From positions 127,913,741 through 127,977,740 of the forward strand of contig CM041465.1 of NCBI GenBank assembly GCA_023213395.1: 64,000 bases of DNA, in the 5' to 3' direction. The stretch comes from Cycas panzhihuaensis (taxonomy: Eukaryota; Plantae; Cycadophyta). The notes beneath the pieces were generated by a model that did not search any database, was not told the origin of the DNA, and was given only the letters and a program-made list of their open reading frames with translations. Below are positions 53,436 to 64,000 of the stretch, one piece after another; the first letter of the stretch is position 1; each line of letters opens with the position of its first letter. A program made the translations under genes and the position numbers.

Positions 53436-53586
53436 ATGACATATTAGACATTAGAAATATTAGAGAATATAATACTCCTTCTTTTCTTTGTGAGTCTTAA
53501 GTTCTTTTTTTCTCTTCTCTTATGTTCTTATGTTCTTGAGTTCTTAAATATTTCTTCCTTAATTTATTCTATTCTTATATTAATTA

Positions 53587-53755
53587 AAGTATACTCTCAA
53601 TTTGCCACACGTTGTGGATCTTGGTGATCAAAAAAGCATTCATTTAAGAATTTATTCTTAATATCTCATGTTAATATAAAGTATGTTCTCACCTTCCCAC
53701 ACTTTGTAGATCTTGGTGATTAGAAAAGAATTTACTTAAGATTCTATTCTTAATA
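53587..53755. repeat. ~92-bp-period tandem duplication in the viral intergenic region
   Basis: aagtat..ctca..ccacac.ttgt.gatcttggtgat..tattcttaatat occurs twice. Confidence 0.85.
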
Positions 53756-54099
53756 TATTCTCTTATTCTTATGATATTTCAAATTAAATAAATGCAATAG
53801 TAATATATGCTTTGAATTAGACCAAGGTATTACTATCTTCATTTGATGCCTCATTTTTCCCCTAGTAGTAGTGCAGAAATAGGACATCCTCCATATGGTA
53901 ACCTCTATAATCTCTTTATCTACCCTAATTAGAGGGTTTTTAATTGATTTTGGTCTTCTGTAATCTTTGACAGCATTATTATTATATTCCTATATTGAAT
54001 GTTGGATCTGTATGGCTCTACTATGGATCACATTTATTTTAATTCTTCTCTCCTCTAAAATTCTTTGTCTAGTTACTCTAATTTCTTTAACCTTGTCAT

Positions 54100-57000
54100 C
54101 CATTCATCCACATCCTATTTGTTTCCACCAGATATTATATTTTTCCTACTCTAATTCACTATATACTTAATAATTAATTAATAATATACAATCACGTCTC
54201 TCATACTACCCCAACTCTCACATTTATCTTTATATTTATATATTAGAAAATATCATCTGGATCATAGAGCATCATATTCTTCTATATAATGTTTAGTGTT
54301 AATCAAATGCAAACAATTAATACATATCAAGGAATAAAGTAAGGTAGTCAATTATTTTTCTAACATAACCAAGATCTCTTTCTTTATTATTTTATGGTAT
54401 AGTTGAGATCATTAGTCATTTTGATTGCAATTCTATGCATCCAAAATATACTAAGTGGAGGTTGATACTTCACTTAATATTTTCCATCTATGTACAATTG
54501 AGTGTCTTTCCTTATTAACATAACATATAAAGGTGACCACCAAAGACATTCCATGTTATAACTAACCATCTTACAAATACAACCTAGTACACAAGGGATG
54601 CTATATCAAATATTATTAGACCTTTCTTACTTTTCCATTATGTAGATGTCCCATGTAGTTATAGGGAGGCTCCCTTAGGCTTAAAAAAAATTACCCAGAA
54701 ATTGAATGGTCTTACTATAATTGAATATATATTTAAACCAACTCTTGTAGTGATAAAGATCCATTTATCTCTAAACTAGGTTAAACACTTAGAACTCAAT
54801 AGTTAGAAATAAATCCATTATCACAAATAATTATGTTTCATTAGGATTTCATAAAGAATCCATGAACAAGGGATGTCCAAATTTTTATAATCTTACCCTT
54901 TGAAAAATATTGCCATGATTGATCGAATGGTAATCTAATGAGATTTTAATTATTTGTTTGCTAAGTTGAAAATAAGAGTATCTATAAAGTGATAATCTAA
55001 TAATTATCTTCCTTATGGAAGAGATATACCTTGAATTTTATATTTTGGTTTGGCTAACTCTAGAGGAGACCCATGTGCATTAATTTCTAGGACATAAATA
55101 TAATGTGAAAGGGTAAGCTTCTCTTAGGTATCTCTATAATCTTATGAGATCAATGAGGGCTACATTAACTAAGACATGTTGAATCACTTTGAAAGGGTGT
55201 CATGATATATCTGCAACATGTAAGATTAAAGTTAACCCATTCTAACCTACTCTATATCCTCCCATGCCATGATTAGATTGTTAATAATTTTATATCCTTT
55301 AATATCCCCCAACATGTTTAATATTATCAAACATTCTCTATTATAATTGATGTAATCCTTCTAGCTAAAGACTTATGGTGTTGTAAAAATTATATCCATC
55401 TTTAAATTTGCTAATCTTAAGATGTATTAATTATGAGATTTTTGTTGAATATTAGGGGAATGAATCTAATCATAAGTTTTAATATGTATGTAGCCATACA
55501 TAATCTTTCTCAACATGATCATTAAGATTCACTGCCATCACTTTGTCTTAGATATTTTTAGCATTTCTTCACCCACATTACTTCTTTAATGTACTATCAT
55601 ATTCAAGCACATGAATAAGTTGACATGGTAGCATATGACTCTATTGATTTTTGTTACTTAAAATGCCATTATTATCTTGATGTAAATCTATATTTTTGAT
55701 GCTCGTAAACATCAAATATTGAGACTAAATATTTGACTACTTCATAATGTTATTCATTGACTTATAGTTGACTTTGTCAACATGGTTGATTTCATATGCT
55801 CAACATTGACATCATCAACATAAATTCTAGTATTTCTAATAAGTATGCTTAATTTAATTTTATCCTTCTTAAATGATTGATTAGAAACTATTTTAGACAC
55901 TCACAATTATGCATTATATCTTCCATTTGAAGACTAGATATTGTTTACCATGCCCCTATTACACATAAAGGCATCAACATATATGGTGCTTAATATGTGA
56001 CTTTTCATACGTACATGTTAAGGCATTAACATCTTCAAGTTTGATTCTAAAAATTGTTTTTGACCACTATGCATCATATTGAACATTCCTTTAATGGTAT
56101 TCAAGTATATAGACTATTATTGAAAAAGATAGTCATGGAAAGTAAAATCTTGATCTTTATTAATATAACATCTTATAATTACTATCATATTCTATTTTTG
56201 CAATCAGATATTTAGTATACTTAAACCAACATTACTTATTTATCCTTAACAAATGATAGAGGTATACTTGTGGCCCTACTACTATAACCCAATTAACTAC
56301 AAGGCATTGGAATCAATGGATACTCTTTCAGTTCTTATATCAACAATGGTGCTAAATGTTAGTAACTCTAGGAAAATAATGCTTTAATCATCCGCTAACA
56401 CATCATTGTAGGAAAGGAAAAACATTCATAAGGAGGAGAGAGAGATATAAAAAGACACAAAGATGTGCAGTAATATTATTATCTTATTAGGAAAGGGAAT
56501 TACATAGTCAATTAAGTTGTGGAGGGTGCCAACCTTAATTCAATGCATTAACCTCTAATAACAATCCCTTATAATACACATCTACACCTGAATGCCTCTC
56601 TTGTGTAGTATATTTATACATCATATTGGGTATTTTATCCACCTAACTAATTCTCACATTAATTCCCCCTTTTATATTAATTAAACCCTGTATTAATATA
56701 AATATCAATTGCCACTTTATTGATGTAACATTAATGACACTTTATTCAACTAATATAAACTCTAATTATTCTTCTCATAAAAGTCTCTATTTCAAGTAGT
56801 AAGGTGTTAATTTTAAAGGAAGAAAAGAAAAAATGGGAGATTTAATACCAAATATTAATATAAATAAGATGAATAGATGATATGAATGGTTGATACCCCT
56901 AGTGACTAGTATCATCCTTCCATCTATTAACATAATGTACACATGTATTAAGAAGGTATAAATCCTATATGATCTTATTAATCTCTTAACTTAGTCTTTC

Positions 57001-59155
57001 CTATTATTTAACTCCATTAATTAGTATCTAAAATGAAACTTAGCCCACTTATCATATGATAATCTAGTGAATATTTTCAAGTTAGGGCAAGTTATTATTT
57101 ATTATTAAATCACTAAATTTATCCTCTAATTTGATCTAGATTTAAATCAAAAGAAAATACAAGGAAAGAAGGACTACAAGAAACTACTAATAACTAAAAT
57201 TCAAGGACCAATGATTAGGAGGCCAACAACAAGTAAATAGAGTTCAAGCAACCATCGATGGGCAAAAGGGTAAATAATAAACCTTAATTGAAAAGTTAAC
57301 AACAAGCAATCAATGACCAAATAAACTAGTTTAAGCATCACATATTATAACTAAAATTATAACAAATAATAGATCAAGAAATTATTACTTAAATCAATTA
57401 CTATAACATCATATAAAAAGGAAGAGAATAAGAGAGGGCTATTATCTAAAGTAAAAAGAAAAAGAGACTCTCAAGGAAGAAAATGGACTACAAAAGAAAC
57501 ATATTAACCACATAAGAGTAGAGAAGTACCTTGGCTTTAGATTTATCTACTTCAACTTTATGTTATAAAACAAAAAGATGCTTAGCAATTGACACCTATA
57601 ACTAACATAAGTTCATGTATTAATATTATTATTTACTTTAATTATCAAATTAATTACTCACATAGACTCCACATTAAGCATATTTGTATTAAATTAAACC
57701 ACCACTACTCAATTAATATGCTTTTGTAATGTGAATGGTATTATTAATAATTTACACCCTTAGCCTAAGAGAGGCATTACTTAATCTTAGTTTATCATCA
57801 AGGACTTCAATAACTTATTGTCTTTAATATATTCTTGATATTAAAATTCCCAAAAGGAACGATACAAGACAATGCTAATGACTAGTCTTTAAACCACCTC
57901 TTGCTCATATCATAATTTTGATATTAAGTAGATTCAAATATTAGAGAAAATTTTAAAGTATATTTAGCTGGTCTAAACTTGAGCAATTTATATTAAAGAT
58001 GGTCATATACCATTAAGCCCACCTTTTCCAAATGGAAGACTCCAAAGGACTCCAAGGGAAATAAATGGGACATAAACTTGTGAACTATATTAGGAAATCT
58101 AATTATATTTACTCAACAAAATATATAAGAAATAAAATCTAACTCCTATCTTCAAATTACCCTTGCATAGTTATGTGCCCTTTCAACTCTATCACTAGTG
58201 CTTTAAAAGTAGTGTAAGTAGTCATGTAGGATCCAAATGCACATTATCTTTCTCACATAATTATAACTCCCTTTGCTATGTTAGTAGTTCTACTAGAACT
58301 ACTATAAATGCTTGAACAAGATTTAGCAAAGAATATGACTACAAAGGGGACCTATCTCACAAGTTGGCATCTGTAATTATTCAACAATATTTTTATCTTA
58401 ACTTGATGAGCATAACGATTGGACTTCAAGATTCTTGTAAGTGGAAATCTCTTGTTAGAAATCTCTTATTGCTTTATGAATAAAAACAAATGTATTTATA
58501 CATGGATTTTAATAACTTTCACAACCACAAAATAATCAACTTACTTAGTAGTATTAGGTAGTAAACTTAACTACTCTTCTTGGTAGTTCAGTCACTATTC
58601 ACATGAGTGATTAATTAGAATTTCCATAACCATGACTAACCTTTAAAAAATCTAAAGGGAAAATTCCCTTTATAAAGTTTGAAGGGAACTTTCCTTTACA
58701 ATATCTTAAGGGAAGGTTTCATTTACAAAACATTAAGGGAAATCCCTTTAAAAAGTTTGAAGGGAAATTTTCCTTCATAAGGGGAACCTCCATTTAAAAA
58801 GTATAAAGGGAAGTTCCCTTTAAATTGAATTAAGCTAACTCACTTTAAATTGATTGAAAGTAATTTAACATTTATATAAAATATGTTTTAAAGATATGCA
58901 TTCTATAAATATATTTTTGAGCACGAATTCTTAGGGTGTACATGGGAATACCTTAAATATGAGGACCCTACAATATATAATAATTACAATGATAAGTATA
59001 GATGAGGCCCAATTTAAGGCTCATCGACAATAAATATACAAGTTAAAAAAGAATTGATTGGTATAGTTTTCAACTAGGGACTCAAAAGAATCTAGTTTCT
59101 ATGAAAATTTTTAAGAATTATAGTTTATCAATCAAACCATATATTAAGATATATA
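54100..59155. repeat. Large repeat block, copy B
   Basis: Collinear with 33920-39465; cut on the right by the copia-5 insertion at 59156. Confidence 0.95.
58653..58822. repeat. Array of short palindromes TAAAGGGAAnTTCCCTTTA (~7 units)
   Basis: Units start near 58653, 58680, 58707, 58734, 58758, 58778 and 58804. Confidence 0.88.
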
Positions 59156-60049
59156 TGTTGGGATCGATTAATAAAGGTACAGAGGAGATAATTATATGAC
59201 AATATTGAAAATGGTTAATGTCACAAGGTCATTATATTAGTTGATTATTTCTAAAAAAGGTCTTAAGTGAACTTTAAATTAGATCACTTAAGTGAAATGC
59301 ACTTTCATATGCATTATATGTAATTTCATTTCACTTAACTCTAATGCCCCCTCTCTCAATATAAAAGTAAAAGCTCAATGGAGGAGGCTCATTCTTACCT
59401 CCCCATTTTGTGAGAGATACTCTCTTTCTCTCAAGTCTCTCTTACTCCCATGTTTGCCTTTATGTTTAATGCATGGAGATGAAGGATAGATCTACTCTTT
59501 TCATATGGTATCATAGCTTTCTTTCTTTGTATTCCTCACTTATACTTACAATGGATCCATCACTTCCTTCTCCCCCATAATCCATTTGGTGAAGGAGATT
59601 GTAAAAGTAAATTTAAAAATATTTTTAAGTTAATATCATAGCATATTTTGTATTGTTTACTTTTCCTTTCTCTTTTGCAGGTTTGGAAGCATAACACAAG
59701 GAGTTGTAAGGCCTAAGTATTCCAATCCTTTGGTTACCATTTATGTTATCTCATTCTTCTTTTCTTTCCCCTCTTTTTATCCATTTAACAAGGAGAAATG
59801 CTACCAAAATTTTTTAAACTTTTAGATAAATGATTGTAAGGGGAAGTTCTACCTATTTTTTTAAAAGAATTTAGATCTATTTAAAATATCTATCATTGTA
59901 TGCTCTCACATTTTCCATATTGGGACCTTGGTGATCAAAAAATGATGGAAATTTTATATGGTATCATGTGTTAATGAGATATTAGCAAGCTGAAATTTAC
60001 TTGTTAAACTTAATAGGTCTACAAAATCTTCTACAGAGCTCTAATTGAC

Positions 60050-60345
60050 CTGATTCTAATTGTCAAAGATAAGGCTCTAAGTCTACTTTCCATCACGAAA
60101 ATTGGCACCCAATTTTGATATTGTATGAGAAAGTTGTTGCTATTTTAGTGAACAATAATTATTTTTAGTAAGAATTTTGAAAAAATATATTCTCCTAACT
60201 TTATGGGACTACCAAAAAAATTTCAGAACTCATTTATACCTGATTCTACTTCCTAGAGATGAAGCTCTTAGTTTAGTTTATAGCACAAAAATTGGCACTC
60301 AATTTTATTATCGTGGAAGAAAATTATTGTTGATTTAGTGAAGAC
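60050..60345. repeat. ~190-bp-period tandem repeat in the copia-5 leader
   Basis: ctgattcta..gctct..aaaattggcac(c/t)caatttt..ttagtgaa at 60050-60152 and 60240-60343. Confidence 0.8.
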
Positions 60346-60677
60346 TACTTTTTTTATATTAAAAAACAATAAAGAAAATTTCTTCTTTCTTTTTATAAGG
60401 CTTAAAAGCCTATTGTAAAAGTGAGTAAAAAGATACCTAGATCAAAGAAATATCTAGTGTCCTCACTCACTTATTAATATTGCATTTCAGCTTTCCAAAA
60501 TCACTTCAAGCAAACACTCTAAAGACACTCTAAGTAAGCACTTCAAAAGCACTCCAAGAAAGCATTCTATTTTCAGTTAAATGTACATTTGATACAATTC
60601 AATAATATTTTCACTCTTCCTAAAAGGAACACATCACGTACACTATTTTCCACCATCTTGTACCTATTCACATAGTT

Positions 60678-61100
60678 ACAAAGGTTGAGATACCTTGGTT
60701 GGTAGAATGTCGTGCCATAAAGGAAGTGTGGGTTTCAAGTTGGGACTACACTAAACTAGAATATTGGTAAGATTTGATTAACCATATTATCGTGCCTCAA
60801 TCAAGGATCATCTTAATAACCAACCAGAAAAACTAAAACTTTAATACAAGATTAAAATATACCTGAACCAATATCTATCATTTCCATAGGCATGTACATG
60901 CCACACTTTAGAGGAGGTATATAACTGTTCATTGGTGAACTGGGTGAGGATTGAGAGTACTTAGGCTCCGTTGTGACTTAGATTTCATCACTAAGCACAA
61001 TTGCGGGTATCATAGGTGAAGGCCAACTTAATTCTACTAGAAGCCTATACATCCCTTTATTAACCTCAACTACATATTGGACATAAGTTAGAGGTTATTG
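60678..61100 (+). ncRNA. Conserved structured cis-acting RNA element in the copia-5 5' leader (putative)
   Basis: Reverse-complement homologue of 5270-5712 with covarying stems. Confidence 0.6.
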
Positions 61101-61522
61101 GGTTGATTATGCATCCTACATTTGAGTTTCAAGTTGTGTACACCCAATGATATTAGCTTCCACATTGGCCTATAGTCTTGTATATTGATCACTTACTTAT
61201 TTGTAAAAATTAATCCATAGTATAATCATAATCATAGTGATTCTCATATTCTTGCTGCATTAAATTAATATTTAGCACAAGTGTTAATGGCCAATTTTTA
61301 TCATAGTGCTTCTCGTATTCCTATTGCAACAGGTTAATATTTGTCACAAGTATTGGTGACTTTTCTCTAAGTTGCTCCTTTCATCTTTGAGCAACTATTC
61401 TCACTTCTTCCTCCTTTTACTACACTACTTTATTGCATCTCCTATTTGTAAATAGTGATTGGTCATTTATTACCATCACTTTTATAGTTCCTTGTTCATT
61501 TCTTCCCTTCTCAAAAGACACC

Positions 61523-63426
61523 ATGTCTTTACAGTTCAAGTAAAATATGAACTACATTCTAAATGGGAAAGAAAATTGGGATATGTAGTTCACTAGTGTA
61601 AGAAATGCTGTAAAGTATGAAGGTCTTTGGAGAGATCATTTATAACCTACACCATTTATTATAGCTACAACAACCTCAGTTGCTTCTAGAGAAGGTGCTC
61701 TAACTACTCTCATTGAAGCTCTAACTAAATACTAATAGGAGCTTGATGATGATAAAATTTGTGTAGGGATACTTCTTGTCACTAATTATTCCCTGCATAA
61801 TCTCATTAATGAAGCTGTACATAATACAACATGGAAAGTTCTTAAAGTTCTTAAGAAGAACTTTTACACTAAATTAGACTTAGAATTTGTTTACTTAGTA
61901 CTGAAGATGAACAAATTGAAAATGCAGAAAGGATATGCAAGTGAGATAATAAATCTCCTTCGTCCAATCACGTAAGCCATTGATAAAGATTTTAAAACTC
62001 AATGTATTACATGGGATTTCTTGATTCACTCATGCCTCCATATCCTAGATTACAAAAATCTATTAGGAAGTCTTCAATCTAGTGGCACTTTGAAGACCTT
62101 AAACTTTGAGGCTCTTACTGATAAGTTCATTGAATTTGATAAGACCTTTGATACCAACTTTGCCACTATATCAAATCTAATTAATGCTGCTTTCAAAGTG
62201 GAAGAAGATCTTTGTTATACCAAAAATCAAGTATAATATTATTGTAGAGGTGGTAATTCCCATGGAAGAGGAAGAGATAAATAACAAGAACAATGTCCTC
62301 TTGGTCAACGAGTTCCTTAACTCCAACAAAAATAGTCTCAAGGCTAGGCCAAAATAATCAACATGGACCTAGATCTAGTAATCATAGATAATCCAACCAT
62401 TCCAATGCTTCTTTTGGGACTGGAAATCAAACAATTATGTACCAAAGATATAATAGAAAAGGTCATTATGCCAAAAATTATAGAACTTCTACCAACAAAC
62501 TACCAAGCTATCAACAATGCCATGGTGTACATAATGTTGATAATACTTCTTTTAAAGATGCTTTTGGTGGAACACAATTTGCTTATGCACATCTTTAAAG
62601 AATTGGGACTACTTCATCAAATATTATTGATAGATCTACTAAGTATATTGAGGCTAATTATGGATATGCTTATTTACTTTTGCCTTTACCACTTAGAGTT
62701 GTAAATAGTATCGCTTCAAATACTTCATCATGGATCATGGATACTGGAGCAACACAACACATGACTTGTCATCACCAGTTCTTTTAAGATTTTGACTCTA
62801 AAGTTCGTGGTGTTATATACATGGTTAACAAATCATCTCAGTCAGTTGAAGGACTTAGAACTATTTGCTTGAAACTCCCAGGCTTTCTAGATTTTACCCT
62901 TATTGATGTTTTATATACTTCTACTCTAAAGTAAAACCTGCTCTCCCTGTCCACCCTTGTCTCTTATGGTTTTGATCTGAGTGTAACTACAAATAATCAA
63001 ATTCTCTGTGACATTTACCCTCCTTCAAATGTTGTATTTATGACTAGAATTCTTAATGGCAAGTTTTTTCACCTAACTGGCTCACCATCCTCTGAAGCTA
63101 ACTATGTTGATGATGGCTCTTCTTTTACCCTAACCCTGACTCCTCAAACATTGCCCCAAGCATCCCTATGGCATGCTCATATGGGCCATATTAAAATTGA
63201 TTGTTTAAGAGAGCTACATACCACTCTTCCTAGTATGCCTAGGCTCTCCTCTAAGCCCTTCAAATATGAAGCATATATCATTACCAAATCTCAAAGACAA
63301 CCCTTTCCTCATAGTTAGTGGAAATCTAGCTAACCCTTACATCTTATATAATTATATATATGCAGTCTTATGCCCATCCCTTCTCTCAAACAGAAGTGGT
63401 ACTATGTTACTTTCATTGATGATTTT
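61523..63426 (+). pseudogene. copia-5 gag-protease-integrase N-part pseudogene
   Basis: WIMDTGATQHM; LWHAHMGH; YYVTFIDDF at the insertion point. Confidence 0.9.
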
Positions 63427-64000
63427 TGAAGAGAAAATATAACCGAGAAGAAATGTGATAATAAAACTCTAAACCATGCAAAGAACAAATAACATAAACA
63501 AATTATGAACTCAATAACGAACACTGGGAGATTCAAGTCTAAGCATAGATCTTTTATTAATCTGAGTAACAACTAAATAATTACAGAGATGAATGAACCC
63601 TAACTCTTCTCCTCGACTCATCGATGATCATTACATCATCTTCATATATTACATATGTTGTTACATAAGAATATATAGATACAACATTTCAAGATATTGC
63701 CTTGTGGTTTTACAATATAATGGGTATAAACCATTGGGCTGACAAAGACCCCCATAAGACACCCAAAAATTTTTCTCGGGGGCTCTCGCCCTAGAATCCC
63801 CACCTGGAGGGCCGCTAGCCCCCCAAACTCCCCAACAAAAGGCCCTACAACGAGCCCCCAGACCCCACAAAGGGGCTCAAGTGTAATGCCTATACCCATG
63901 TAACACTTGTAAAGTGTTCAACATATTTAACAATCTCCCACTTGTTGAACACTTTATAAGAAAACCTGCAAATACAACTACTAAATGCTAAAATCATAAA
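63427..64000 (-). mobile_element. 3' LTR (63427-63932) and PPT of a younger minus-strand LTR element (Angela-like copia), continuing off the window
   Basis: TG at 63427 interrupts FIDDF; CA at 63932 is followed by atctcccactt (PPT AAGTGGGAGAT); CpGs are retained. Confidence 0.8.

Larger units (their letters stand above)
48890..53790 (+). mobile_element. Endogenous caulimovirid (plant pararetrovirus) sequence
   Basis: Caulimovirid-type CP, aspartic protease, RT and RNase H motifs. No integrase and no LTR pair. Downstream TATA-containing intergenic region. Confidence 0.88.
59156..63426 (+). mobile_element. Ty1/copia (copia-5), related to copia-1, interrupted in integrase by a nested LTR element
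   Basis: 5' LTR 59156-59503; PBS tggtatcatagc at 59506-59517; ~2-kb leader; gag ATG at 61523 homologous to copia-1 (AWKVLEVLRKNFDTKSDLEFV vs TWKVLKVLKKNFYTKLDLEFV). Confidence 0.92.

Noticed and set aside
58653-58822. CRISPR-like repeat-spacer array
   Set aside because: Spacers are only ~1-9 bp and A-rich, repeats are degenerate, there are no cas genes and the context is eukaryotic TE.
59607-59690. Host exon at a strong acceptor (tttctcttttgcag|g)
   Set aside because: Inside the copia-5 leader with no coding exon following; at most a TE-leader intron.

Overview
AT-rich, strongly CpG/CHG-depleted plant heterochromatin (a large-genome vascular plant such as a gymnosperm or fern is my inference from the TE content; not provable here). 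I see no host gene, RNA gene or CRISPR array. The window is a stack of nested, decayed retroelements. (i) A minus-strand CRM-like chromoviral Ty3/gypsy has its chromodomain split by a full-length L1-type LINE (17-bp TSD), which itself carries an integrase-deleted Ty1/copia (561-7387). (ii) An old plus-strand copia hosts two further complete copias (16439-21733 and 24806-32099). (iii) Two ~5-5.5 kb homologous blocks (33920-39465, 54100-59155) carry a Tat/Ogre/Athila-type PBS, a decayed plant-mobile-domain-like ORF and a palindrome array. (iv) A gag-only non-autonomous LTR element (40226-45232) sits inside an older LTR element. (v) An endogenous caulimovirid (CP-AP-RT-RNaseH plus an unknown downstream ORF, no movement protein visible) lies at ~48.9-53.8 kb. 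(vi) A copia related to the first one (59156 onward) is interrupted by a younger LTR. The most interesting signals are a ~450-nt non-coding element with compensatory base-pair changes shared by the 5' leaders of two diverged copias, and the movement-protein-less caulimovirid. All alignments and divergence values were done by eye.
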